Positions 12,921 to 26,452 of a DNA stretch of 64,000 nucleotides are shown piece after piece (the first letter of the stretch is position 1; every line of letters starts with the position of its first letter). Position numbers and translations under genes: made by a program. Origin of the DNA: Octopus vulgaris (Eukaryota). A model generated the notes under the pieces. That model ran no database searches, was not told the origin of the DNA, and worked only from the letters and a program-made list of their open reading frames with translations. The DNA lies in contig OX597828.1 in NCBI GenBank assembly GCA_951406725.2, forward strand, positions 57,598,001-57,662,000. The letters are read 5' to 3'.

Positions 12921-14261
12921 TCATACGTCAGGAGATATATAGAATACAGACACACATGGAAGATAAGAAGTGTAAATTAATCTAAGCGAAATACTTATTC
13001 ACTCAGAATGCACAGAACTTCACCAAGAAATCGATGCTATCGATTTATTCCTATATGATTTGAAGAAGTGAAATGGATTTCAAGAATAACTAACCTTCGC
13101 TGACATTCGATGTGGATCAATGCGAGTCCAGTAATTTTGTTTCCACCCTGGGAGGCACTGTTGCTACACGCAAAGATATCACAAATCCCACGCATAGAAA
13201 AATCTCTCGATTCGTTAGTATTGTCAATGACAGACACTTTCTCCTATCTCCCTCCCTTTCCTCTCTCCCCTATTCTCTCTCTCCCTCTCTCTATTTCTAT
13301 CTATCTGTCTATCTCTGTGTCATTTCTATCACTATGATAACGGTCTTTGTTTTTCAGCGGTAGCTGCCCTCGTACCCTCTTCACTCAGGCATCCCCAGCA
13401 AACTCTATACTCCACCATTCTTCGTCTCTCCAACCCATCCGTACCCAATAGCCATTTTGGTCTACCTTTCTTTTGCAGAAAATCTAACCTTCTGGAATCT
13501 TCAGCCTGTTCAGGATTGAGTTGCAATAATCTATTTGGAACATTAAAGATGTAACATGTGTGTGTAGTATGTTTATTGTATGCGTGTGTGTTTATATTAG
13601 CTAGAAGTGGACAAAACCAGTACAGTCAATCAGAGATAAACTAGTACAATAGTGAATTATTTTTCTATCGACATATCGACCTCTAATTTCTTTTGTACAT
13701 TTTGCATTTCATAACATCAAAAATCTACGAAATGCGTCGAAGATCGATAGAGACGGCTAAAAACAGTTACCCCCAACATGATCAACGTTCACTCACTGAA
13801 AGCAGTAGAACACGAATAAACAAGCGCTTGGAAACTATAAATATAATGAAATTTTTAATATTAATTAATGTCCCTCTGTGTGATTGTATGCGTGAGTGTA
13901 TGCGTGTGTGTGTGAGAGTGTGTGTTCACGTATGTGTACGTTTCTTTTTCTCTCTCTCCATTTATTTCACCTCATCCCATTCTGTCGGAGAGGTTAGGCT
14001 CATAACGTGGAAAACTTTTCCGTAATTTTTTTTCCCCAGCGTGCACGACAAACATGTCTGCGCAACGAATTAAAGGCACTTTGCCCTCCGAAGACGTCTT
14101 AACAAATTTGACAAACTTTTGCACTCTCATACAAACAACATAGTTTAGCACTTTCTCTTGCCACGGGGTATATTTTGTGTGAGACTCAAGAGAGTGAAGC
14201 TTTTCAGCACACAGCTCCTCTTATATCTTAAATTAACCTTGCGATACAATATACAAAGTAA

Positions 14262-14646
14262 AGTCGTCACTAAAGTGGTTAAGGGTGCAAGTCAGCACCA
14301 TGATTACTAGAAATAAGAGTCAAAACAACTCTTAGTCACTACCTAAGGGTTGATTTCTCTCTTATTTCTAGCAAAGCTGGTGTTAGTCGCTTTAGTGAGG
14401 ATTATAACTATTGATTTTCATCTAGGAAGATTAATCTATTTCTGAAACAACAATAACAAATTTACTTCAGTCTCATAGTTTATGAGTGTTCATTATTTAG
14501 GACTAATCAACCCAATATATATATATATATATATATATATTGGTCCTTGGGTTGATAAGTCCCAAATATTGAACACTCATATATTATGAGATGAAGAAAA
14601 ATTGTTATTGTCGTTTCAGATTAATCTTCCTAGATGAAAATCAATA
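14262..14646. repeat. Two adjacent fold-back hairpins
   Basis: 14262-14403 (ctagaaataagag/ctcttatttctag) and 14409-14646 (tattgattttcatctaggaagattaatct/agattaatcttcctagatgaaaatcaata, (TA)n at apex). Confidence 0.85.
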
Positions 14647-16185
14647 AGTACTATTTTGGTAATCTCAAAGACATTTGATCTCTTATCAATTTCCAAGATG
14701 TAATCACGTCAATGGTTTACTCTAAGTTTCAATCTAATCGTTTAGGTTTTCTTTAAGTCACGCTAACTCAGTTCCGAGTGTACGCGCTGTAAAGTTCAAG
14801 ATGGAAAAACAATTTTTATGATGGAATGATCTGTATTCCTGTTTTCTGAGAGATAATTGTGCTGTCATAAAAAGGGTGGCTGAGGTGTAAACCTCTACTG
14901 ATGAATTTATCTTGCCACAGTCTGTTTGCTTATGGAATACATTTATACACACAGACGCATGCGCGCTTACGGACGTACCCAAAACACACAACCAAAGATA
15001 TATTAAAAGTATGTAGGAAAATAACTAGAAAGAGAAAAGAGAAGAAAAAATCTTCGGGAAATTCTAAAATATTTTGGAAGTATCTGGTAGAAATAGTAGG
15101 GTCGAAAATACCAGGCTGGGAGAGAGAAGAGAGAAAATACTAAAAATATTAAACTCTATAAAAAAGATTTGATCAAATAAAAGGTTGGAACGGCAAGAAG
15201 CTGACTTGCGAACGATTAAATCTAATCCAGGCAAAAATGGACTTATGGTGGGGTCCAGTGTCTACATATAAAACTTACTTCGTGTATACAGGTGAGTGTA
15301 TTATATTTCCGTCTTGTCATTAACATTACAACCTGTTTTCCATAAGAACCTTAGTATTGTTCTTATTCTCGTTTGCATTTTTTTCTTTTTGATGGGGTGA
15401 GGGTAGCATTCATTTATGGTCTCCCTTTTTCCGTCAATGTTTCAACTGATCTTAAACATTGCGTCATTTTCTTTAAACTGCCATATGTAGCTTTCTGTCT
15501 TTGTCACGTTTCCTTTTCCAGTGTTTCAGAATAAAGATGTGTGAAAATCCTCGTTAAAACTTCGCTTGAAGGCTTCCTTGATCCTCGAAGGCTTCCTGAT
15601 TAGCATCCATACGGTTTCACCACTCGCTTTCTAAATAATGGCCTCGTTGTTACATAACCTGCTTAGCAGCCATGCTAAATGACGATCCAACAGCAATACT
15701 TAGGTCCACTTAAGTGAGATCATATGTTTCGTGTTAGGTGTTCAACTACAGGTGATCTTAAATGTATACTTATAGAAGAATTTCCTCTGTTTGTTATCAG
15801 GTGAGATATGATTATATTTTAAATATAAAAGAATCTTACCGATATTAGATATAATGTTGAAAGATAAGGGGTGAAGTGCGAACCAAATGACATCTACTGC
15901 ACTTTCTTCCTCTGTCGGTATTCTGCTTGGTGTCTTGTGGAATCTCTTTCAGCCCAATCATTTCAATGGACTCCTTATAGAAAGGGCTACTCTATCGAAT
16001 CTCATCAAGGATATCTTGACAGGATAACAGACTTCTTTTTCTTTTTACGCCTTTCAGAAGATTCTTATATAAAGGAGGTTGTAACATGCTCCGACATTAA
16101 TGTGCGTAAATTTCTACCTTTATTTCCTTAAATATTTAAAAATCAGCACTAAGGTACAGAAAAAAGAACTTTCTTTCTTAACATA

Positions 16186-16590
16186 GGCGCAGGAGTGGCT
16201 GTGTGGTAAGTAGCTTGCTAACCAGCCACATGGTTCTGGGTTCAGTCCCACTGCGTGGCATCTTGGGCAAGTGTCTTCTGCTATAGCCCCGGGCCGACCA
16301 ATGCCTTGTGAGTGGATTTGGTAGACGGAAACTGAAAGAAGCCTGTCGTATATATGTATATATATATGTATGTGCGTTTGTATGTCTGTGTTTGTCCCCC
16401 TAGCATTGCTTGACAACCGATGCTGGTGTGTTTACGTCCCCGTCACTTAGCGGTTCGGCAAAGGAGACCGATAGAATAAGTACTGGGCTTACAAAAAGAA
16501 TAAGTCCCGGGGTCGAGTTGCTCGACTAAAGGCGGTGCTCCAGCATGGCCGCAGTCAAATGACTGAAACAAGTAAAAGAGTAAAAGAGTA
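16186..16590 (+). mobile_element. Full-length tRNA-derived SINE, family B
   Basis: A box tggctgtgtggt, B box ggttcagtccc, CORE-like cttgggcaagtgtc, tail (gtaaaaga)n; closely similar to 54541-54948 (-). Confidence 0.92.
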
Positions 16591-18685
16591 TATCTAAATA
16601 TATCTTACTCTTTCGTTTTGTCATCCTTTTATTATGTTGTGGTGGGTGTTGAGTAATTGCATGTGTGCCTATACGTGTATTCCGAAAGCAAACAATGGAG
16701 TTAAGTTCCTCCCTAAAATAGGGGTGTGATGTACGCTAGATCAACGTGACTCTGGATATAACTACCTCGTATATGATAACTGGAACATTTTTTTTTTTTG
16801 CAACTTCAAATTTCCTCTAAGCATCTTGTGAGATGAGAGAGAAAGAATTTTCCATGCAAACATAATGGGTGTTTTGTTGATTCTCATCATCCACGGCCAT
16901 AATCATCTCAGAGCCTGATACGGTTCCAACTATTTTGTAGATTCGAATTCATATTATCTTCCTATGCATTGAAGTATTTTTCTGAACCGCAAACGTGGTT
17001 AGGCGTCCCCATCCCCTTATAGATTCGCGCCATTTTCGCACAGTCTAGCATTGTACGTCTTTGCGCAGTATAAATTTATATTATAATCATCATCATTAAC
17101 ATCATTATCAGAACGTGTTGTAGTGACATTGTCGTTGACGATAGCGTTGTTAACAACATTATTAATTACGTAACAGATATCGTTATTCTCTCTGGGAAGA
17201 GAAAATTTAATGAAGATTTAATTACATTAATTCTCAATTGAAATATATATTTACCATAACACATCAGACATTTGGTACAGACATTTAATTATATGGTGTC
17301 AACAAATGTATATGGTGCTCGATTTAAATCGAATTGCTTGCAGAAATAGATAAAGGACAAGAGAAGAAAAGCTTGGCGAAGATAAACGAAAGCGACAGTG
17401 TAATATATTTTCTGCTTTTAACTAATTCTTGAATGAAAATGTGATGAATGTAATCTTTTATAAGACACCTTAAAAATTTAGATATATCGAATATTAAAAA
17501 TGTCAACAGCTTTGAAAAAGCATTAGAGTAGCCGAGTGTATAATTGCTTCATAATTCGAATTTTATACTTCAGTTATGCAAATTCAATTACGTTATAAAT
17601 TGTTCTGCAAAATGAGTGGGATATTATCTTAGAAATATTGACTAAGTAATCAACATTTAACTGGAACATTTCGTGATAACATTTTCTAAGTATTGTAACT
17701 GAAATATCTGAAGAGGTCTAAGTGCTTCCGGCATATAAGATCAGAAATTTACATCGGTAATAACAATATATTTGCCTACTTTTCCCATAAATCTATTTTC
17801 TCTCTTTTCATTCTCTCGCAGTTTCTCTTCTACTTTCTCTGTTTTTGCTTTGCTTCTATCCCTTTCATTTATATCAAGTTCTTCGATTTATTCATCATTA
17901 CGTCTATTTAACACCATTGCTTATTTAACACACATTTGCATTTTTCTCAATGACATTTAATCATATACGCATGTACGTCATTAACACTATTCTTCCATGT
18001 AGACAATATTTCTGTGCAAAGAACGACGTTCTGCAACACATAATAACGGATATTATATATTCTTTCACTCAAGTAATAATTAATAAAAGAACAATACAGC
18101 AACCTACACTATCTCACACAAAATCTATTCAACTTCTTTCTGAAATCTTCTTTGAAACATCACCGCAATGTGAGATATTACAACTAGTTTATTATATTTG
18201 AAGCCACACAGAGACCAGAAGGCGAAGATACTTTTAAATCGTTTTTTCAAAATGGATATTTGCAATTTGTAACAACCAAATATATTTTGAATGACGCGTC
18301 ACTTTTTTCGGTTGCATATATATTACGGTGTGTGCTTAAGAATAGTGTGGCCGACTGACTGTTTAAATATTTTTTCTTGGGAATCATGATGGCTCGGTTT
18401 CAATTACGCTAAACGGCATATTGGGAAAGCATAATTTTCCACAACCATGGATTGTTCCATTCCATGTGGATGGAACTGAGCTTATCTAAAATGAGTAGAA
18501 TCCTGTTGTCTAGATCGTACCTGAGATATAAAATTCTACCTGTGTTACGTGGTTTAACGACTATTTCGCACGCGTATTACAATAAGTAAACGCTTTCAGG
18601 TAAAATACTCTGCCACACGATATAAATTTAGTTGCTAATTCACTGAGTCTGGTCGTAAACAGTTGAGGATTAAAGAGTTATGTAA

Positions 18686-18897
18686 GGCGGCGAGCTGACA
18701 AATCCGTTGAACAGCGGACAAAGTGCACTGCAGCATTTCGTCTATCTATACGTTCTGAGTTCGAATTCCGCCGTGGTCAACTTGCCTTTCATTCTTTTGG
18801 GTCGGTAAAAAAGTACCAGTTGCACTCTAGAATCTATGAAATCTACCAGCTCCTTCACCCAAAATTCCAGTCCTTGTGCCGATAATAAGAAAGGATT
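18686..18897 (+). mobile_element. SINE family C
   Basis: ggcggcgagctg...gagttcgaattccgccgtggtcaacttgcctttcattc; matches 52897-53676. Confidence 0.85.
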
Positions 18898-18979
18898 TGA
18901 ATGTTGTGTCCATGTTTGTACGTTTTCCTTTGTTCTTATGACATATGTATTCATTCCACGCCCACTTCCTTCTCTCTCC

Positions 18980-19027
<48 letters not shown>

Positions 19028-19571
19028 CTCTGTGTCTCTCACTGCCTGTACGTGTGTGCTTAATCTCACGTATATCAGCGTGTTTGACAATTCTATGTTA
19101 TATATAGCGTTTCCATAGGCCAAGGTTGACAATTAAGTGCATTTGTACGCGCAAGTCTGGGTAAGATATTTTCAGTCAGCTCCCCATGCATGTTCCTTCT
19201 TCACACTATTCCTGGTTATCGAAAGTAAACTCCGTCGAATTGGGGAGATAACATATCGTCGCTGACGTTTCTGCCACAAGTCAAAGAGCCGGAATTCTTA
19301 TTGGAAGGCTTCTTTCACGATCCTCTTCCATTCTCAATAATGAAACAGCATTCATTCGTATTTTGTAAGGAACATGAATAGATGAATCAAAGGCTATGTT
19401 GTCCTCGGCTGGATTTGAACTCAGGGACTAGGAACAAATTCGGCGAATCATTATATTCGACGCTCCACTGATTTCGTTAATTAAACGTCATGGATCTAAA
19501 TTGAATTAGAATGAATCTAAATTCTCATCTGACATTACATAGAAATTCATTTGGCTTAAATATACGTATAA

Positions 19572-20810
19572 TACAGAGTGAGGCAGAGAGAACGTCCATT
19601 TTTTGAAATGGTTACTACTCAGCCTCAGTGGGAGGGACATATGTCCGACAGGCAACAATTCGATCCGTGGTGTCTTAGATCTTTTTTTCTTTTCAGATGA
19701 AGCCATGGTGTTGTGGACGATAGAGTATAGCGTGTTTGCCTACGATAGTTATGTGAAGAATAACGAGTCTATCACAGCAGTTCAGAGTGAGTTTCAGCAA
19801 AAACTTCAGCATTCACCGAAATTAGGCTATTCCCACCCGTAATACAGTCTTACGTTGGGTGAATGCGGTTCGTACACGAGGTACACTAATGAATGGGAGA
19901 CTGGTGTGGGCGCCATGAAGGGTATGGTCACTGGTAAATGTGGAACGCGTCAGACAAGCTTTGATACGTAGTTCGAATCACTGTGCTTGGAGGCATTCCA
20001 CTGAACTTGGCATCTGTAGTCGATCGGTAAGGCGTACTTTGCATGAAGACATGCATCTTCCCCCTTACAAATTGGTCATTGAGCAACAGTTGAAACCATG
20101 TGACTATGTACAGTAGCTTAACTTTTCACATGAATGAGTGATGAAGCTCATTATTACTTCAATGGTATGGTGAATCAACAGAACTGTCGTTATTGGGCTC
20201 TTGAAAATCCGAGAGAACTGCACAAAAGACCACTGCACAGCCCAAAAAGTGACGGTCTGATGTGCTGATGGAAAAGCTGCCGTCATTGGCCCTTACCTTC
20301 TTGAAGACAATAGTGGAAATGTTATTACTGTGAACTCTGAACGTTACATAGAGATGGTAAATAATTTCTTTGTGCCTGAATTACGACGAAAACATATGCC
20401 TAATGGACGTGTGTGGTTTCACCAGGATGTGGCGACGGCCCACATAGCCAGGGCATCAATGGACGTCCTTCCCGCTCTTTTCAGTGACCGCCTCGTTTCC
20501 AGGTTTTCTGATATTCCTTAACCTTCTCGGTCCTCTGATTTGTACATGTATGATTATTTCTTGTGTGGAAACCTCAAGGCACATGTGTATGCGCATAACA
20601 TTGGATGGTTTCGCGTGGAACTCACCCAGATCGACAAAGCAATGCTGTAGAATGTGGGGCGCCAACTTCCAAGAACACTTTCAGCAATGCATCAATGAAA
20701 ACTGACACCACATGATGGATATTGTTTTCCACACTTCATTTTCACAAATGGTCATTCAATACAAACACACCGATATCAATAAAATTTGTTTACACCTAAA
20801 AATTAATGAT
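19572..20810 (+). mobile_element. Tc1/mariner DD41D (rosa-type) transposon, pseudogenised
   Basis: N-terminus MVLWTIEYSVFAYDSYVKNNESITAVQ; SDEAH; NCRYWALENP; FHQD followed by 41 residues then DYFL; stops and frameshifts. Confidence 0.85.
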
Positions 20811-20823
20811 AATATATATATAC

Positions 20824-20886
<63 letters not shown>

Positions 20887-21922
20887 CACATATATGCATA
20901 TATATGTACTTTATATGTATATATGTATGTGTGTCTGTATATACATATACATAGATGTCAGCATATATGCATGTATGTATGAATTATCTTTTATATAATC
21001 ATTTCCAGACTGAAAAGACAGATTACTTCAACAAGTTTCAATTACTTTCGGTATACTTTTTGGAGTTGAGTACCTTCCTATAACCGTTCACGACGGAGAC
21101 TTCACATTTACAGCCTTTAGAATTAAGCACTTCACTTAATCGGAAATGTCGATTTATATAAACAACTAATAGTTAGTAAATATTTCTATTAGTAAATAAC
21201 ATAAGACTAAATCCAAGTTTTAACCGGTTCCGTGTGTGTCAACTAAACCGAATTAAATACACATATTGGCACTAAGATTTTCATGACATTCCAAGCATTG
21301 AAACCCGATGATATTGTGTAAATGTAGTTGCTTATAGCTGTGTCATGTATTTAATTCAGTCTAATAGTCACACATAGAACGGTTGAAAAACGTTGCTTTT
21401 CTTTTGTGTATATCATATTGTAAAGACACATTAGTTAATTTGACGTGTTGTATTGCAAATATAATTAATATTTGCATTCTAGTGACATAATCTTTTATTC
21501 ATGACTATCGTCAATATTATTCCAGTTATCCTAGCTATATGAATTCTCTTCTAGAAAGTCTCTCTATAAAGCACTAAACTTGAAATTCTAATTACTTCCT
21601 CTTTTTTATTAAAACAATACAATATAAAAAGAACATCTTCAAAAAAAATTTTCTGTTAAATGCTTTTTTAGAAATTTCCAACAAAATATTGTGAGACCCA
21701 TCTTGATTTATTATTCACTAATTAGCACTAAAGTGACGGCCGTTTACATGTTCTAATGACGCTACTGGTCATTAAGAGGTGAAAAGGAATCCCTTTAAGG
21801 AATATAAACTTGTAAACAGAAAATAAAATTTATCTCTGAAATATATATTGCCAAGGGATGTCTCTTCATTTGTGATAATGTTCCATAACATGAGCACATC
21901 AAGATATTTCTCATTAACAGCA

Positions 21923-21932
21923 GATAATAATG

Positions 21933-21993
<61 letters not shown>

Positions 21994-22062
21994 TAATAAT
22001 AATGATAATAATAATAATAATGATAATAATAATAATAATAATAATAACAATAATAATAATAA
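21923..22062. repeat. (TAA)n microsatellite, target of a Dong-like insertion
   Basis: Direct reading. Confidence 0.95.
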
Positions 22063-24452
22063 TATCTTTGAGACCTGTCATAACAAAGGCAGAAATCTCA
22101 GTTCCGCGTGGGTTTATTATTAAAAGGCCTTTGATAGAATACCACATACATGGGTCTTGAAATCGCTGGATATCTTCAAATTTTTTCCTGTAATTATCAA
22201 CTTCCTGAAGCACACGTTAGTGTTGAATACAAATCTCTAATTATACCAGACTAATGGAGTAGTTTCTTCAAATAATATTAACATCAATTGTGGCATTTTT
22301 CAAGGTAACTCATTTTGACTTTTAATTTCTTGCATATCCATAATAACCGCTTACAAGTAGACTTAACAGAAAAAGGTATGGATATAAAACTGACAAGATA
22401 ACAAGCCATCTATTTTATATGGATGACTTAAAAGTGAATAGCAAAGATAATAATGCGCTTGAAGGCATATTACGTAATGTGAAAGCATTCAGCAATGATA
22501 TCGGGATAGAATTTCGTCTTAATAAATGTGCCAAAGTCACTTTCCAGAAAGGGAAATTGAAGAATTTACATTCAGTGGAGTTAGATGTTGACACAGTTAT
22601 AGAAGAGAACTTAAACGGGAATAAACTTATAATTACCACGGAATAAATGAGGGCTCAAGTATTCAGCGTGCAAACATGAGAGAGAAAATCAGAAGGGAAT
22701 ATTACAGGAGCGTTCGAGCAGTCCTAAAATCTTAGTTAAATGCACGTAACTAGGTGTTAGAAACCAAGCCATCTATTTTACATGGATGGCTTAAAAGTCT
22801 ATGACAAAGATAATAATGAGCTTGAAGGCATATTACGTACGGTGAAAGCATTCAGGAATGATATCGGGATAGAATTTCGTCTTAATAAATATGCCAAAGT
22901 CACTTTCCAGAAAGGGAACTTGAAGACCTCACATTCAGTTGTGTTAGATGTTGATACAATTATAGAAAAGCTTAAACAAGAACGGAATGGATGAGGGCTC
23001 CGGCATTCAGTGTGCAAGTATGAAATAGAAAAACAGAAAGGAATGTTACAGGAGTGTTCGAGCAGTCCTGAAATCTGAGTTAAATGCACTTAACCAGGTA
23101 TTAGCCATAAACTCCTTAGCAGTTTTTATTTATCGTTTCAATGTGTTGAACTGCAATATCAGCGAAATAAGGATTGACAGGAAAGTCCGTCAACTGCTAA
23201 CTTGCAATAAGATGCACCACCCCAGAGTCCAAGGATGTCGAAGCTTGATTCAATCTGAAATGTTTTACAAAACCACCTCAACTGAACTGGCCAAATATTC
23301 TCAAAATCTAACGACAAGATACTAAAACTCATTGAGAACCACAAGGATCGATGGAAGCTTCATTCTGTCAAGAGGAGAGTAATAAATTTGCTAGTGAGTT
23401 CATGCATAATACCTAAGTTTAACAGCGTTGGTGGAAGTGCCCCAAATGTTGTTGCAAGGAAGGTGAAATCAATGACAAAGAGGAAAAAACGTTTGGACGA
23501 TCGTCTGGTAAGTACAAACAAAATATCTGCATGGCCCGTAGCAAACAAGCTGATGTAAACCAGAAGCACATCCACCAATAGCTTCGGAGATCAAGGCTAA
23601 AGACAGAGAGCGAAGGCTCTGACTTAGCTGCTCATGATCAGAGTTCATTGGCCCCTAACTACCAAGCCTATGTGATTAAAAATGGAGAAGACCCAAAGCG
23701 ACAGTAATGCAACGATGAGATTGAAACAGTAGCCACCTCATCTCTGGATATAAAGGTTTAGTACCAATAGAGTATAAATCATGACATTGCAGAGTTGGCC
23801 AATATCTACACTGGTTAATATGGTGGCATTATATAACCAAATCTGGTGATACCACCCTAAGTTGTAACTGTAGGAAAAATGTAATGATTCTTTGCGATTT
23901 ACCAGTACATACAGATTGAACTATCAAAGCTAAACCAGATATTGTTGTGAAAGACCAAAACAATAAAGTATGTTTATTGATTGACATGAATATACCTTGC
24001 GATGACAATATCCTGACAAAAGCTCAGAAAATACAAAGATTTGCTGTTTGAAGTCGGAAAAATTTTGCATAGCAGGGAGGTTACAATACTAGTGATTGTA
24101 GTACTTGGAACGATCATAAAAGGAACTAAAACTTATTTGAGGGTGGCCTCTGGTTTACCATCCATGCAAGAAGTGAAAAAGATAGTTTTAACTAGCACAT
24201 CACATGTATTGAAAAGAGCATCGTCACTGTAGATTTTCCCTTTCCCCGTTTATTTTCTTTCTTTTCATTGTTTTCATTTTCTTCCATATTTTTGTTTTCT
24301 TCTTTCCTTTTTCTTTCTTTCTTCTTATTCTGTCACATGACTTTGCAAATGAACAATCTGATGTGTTTATTTTACTGACAGACCAATGTATACAGTAAGT
24401 TTATTTGTCCTAGGTGTTGGGAAGTCTCTCTGCAAGAAATGGAAACAAAATT
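22063..24452 (+). mobile_element. 5'-truncated R4/Dong-type LINE (RT, zinc knuckle, restriction-like endonuclease), degenerate
   Basis: RNLSSAWVYY*KAFDRIPH, GIFQG, SHLFYMDDLK, IGIEFRLNKCAK, KPDIVV, ILVIVVLGTI; 3' UTR ends in (TAA)n. Confidence 0.9.
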
Positions 24453-24477
24453 GAATAATAATAACAATAATAATAAA

Positions 24478-25337
24478 CGCAAAAGAAATAGACAAAGAAA
24501 AATCCCAGCAATGGTTGAGAAGCTCAGGACTCAAAGCAGAAACAGAGGGATTTTTAATTGCAGCACAAGACCAAAGCCTCCCCACCAGAAATTACCAAAA
24601 ACATGTAATGAAAAGAAATATTACAAGTAACTGCAGAATATGTGGAGATGGACAAGAAACAATAAATCATATTATCTCTAGCTGCCCAGTCTTGGCTAAG
24701 AAGGAATATATTCACAGACATGACAGAGTTGGAACCTACATACATTGGAAGCTATGCCAACATTATGGAATAACAACAGAAAAATGATGGTATAGGCACA
24801 CACCAGAAAAGGTCACAGAAAACGAGAAAGCAACCATACTCTGGGATATGCCGATACACACAGATAGAGAAATTAAGGCCAACAGACCAGATATAGTTGT
24901 CAGAGATCATGAAGAAAAAAAATGCTTTCTAATTGATGTATCAATACCGGCTGATGACAACGTGACTCTAAAAGAAATGGAGAAACTCTCAAAATACAAA
25001 GACCTGGAAATAGAGGTAACTAGAATGTGGAACCTGAAAGCAGAAACAATTCCTATCATAGTAGGTGCATTAGGTATGATAAAAAAATATTCAGACAAAT
25101 ACATAACAAAAACACCAGGACTTACAAACACATATATCATACAGAAAATTGCACTACTAGGCACTGCACACATCCTACGCAGAACACTTTCCATACAATA
25201 ACCATCAGAGCATCACAACAAATCACAGCACATACCCAAGGCACACAGAGCTGTGCTTGGTAGTGAAGTGAAAGCACGCTATAAAAATAAAACTACTGAA
25301 TAATGATGATAATAATAATAATAATAATAATAATAAT
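24478..25337 (+). mobile_element. Younger 5'-truncated R4/Dong-type LINE 3' end (CCHC and PD-(D/E)xK nuclease) with (TAA)n tail
   Basis: GLKAETEGFLIAAQDQ, CRICG..ETINHIISSC, RHDRV, ANRPDIVV, LIDVSIP, KLSKYKDL, PIIVGALG; one in-frame TGA at 24785-24787. Confidence 0.93.
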
Positions 25338-26304
25338 CAGTGTTGTGACATTTATTGTAATATCTGTGTCTTGAATAACTCTATTTATAGCAGGGCCGTC
25401 CCTTATGTGGGTTTCTATTGTACTCAGTTCAGGGATTGTAACTTTTGGGAATGTATGTATTGACTAACCCTGAAGACGGAAACAGTCTTTGTGATGAAAT
25501 CTTTAGTATATCGACGGAGGGAACTCGGCATTACAAATCTTGAGTAATAGTGAGCCTCATAATATTTAGCCATTTGAACCGTGAATTTTGTGCGACTATG
25601 GATAGCATATGACTGGCGGAGCCCCAATCATTCAGCAGAATTGAAATGTTGCATGCTTTGGAGTGTGGCACGAGGGGCGTTGAATATGGACGTGCTGTGG
25701 GTAGTTGTGATAAGGAAGTGGTCGGCCGACGCTATGGGTGCAAGAACAGTAAAAATTAAGTAGGGGCTGTGATTTGAGGTGAAAAAGTGATTAATATTGT
25801 TTAAAATGCATTTGCGTGTTGGGGAGGAAATTTATTTTGAGGTTTAAAAAGACAATGTAAAAGCACACATTACTAGATGAAACTACTTCTAACTTGATTT
25901 GGCTGCTCTTATCTAAGTATATAATGAGTACCCTGGTTCGAACCTGTTCTCCTTAGAACAAGTTTTCGGTTTTCAATTGGGGGAAGTTTACTTAGATCGA
26001 TAATGGATTTGAGATGTCATAAACACTGAAAAGCTTCACACAACTTTAAAATTATCAGGAAAACCTACATTAAACAATTATTTAGTTGTGGTGGTCATTT
26101 CCTCTTCTTGTATTTACTATCAATCAGCACCATCAGCAACATCATAAGCAGCAGTAGCAACATGAACGTTGTTCTTAACGCTCTTACTATAACTAAATAT
26201 GATAAGTGCGTCGTTACATCAGTTATTTGAAAGTTAAACCAGGGTTCCTTATTTTACAATGGAAATTTATTACCGGAGAGAAATAGTAATATTAATTAGA
26301 ATAC

Positions 26305-26308
<4 letters not shown>

Positions 26309-26378
<70 letters not shown>

Positions 26379-26452
26379 AAGACAGACAGACAGACAGACA
26401 GATAGACAGAGACAGACAGACAGAGACAGACAGACATTGACAGAGAGAGACA
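26309..26452. repeat. (GA)n/(GACA)n microsatellite
   Basis: Direct reading. Confidence 0.95.

Noticed and set aside
24785-24787. In-frame TGA as possible selenocysteine or readthrough
   Set aside because: Non-catalytic position in a 5'-truncated LINE; ordinary nonsense mutation is more likely
25468-25492. CTGAAGA-cg-GAAA-ca-GTC hammerhead-like core
   Set aside because: No stem II and no stem I complementarity
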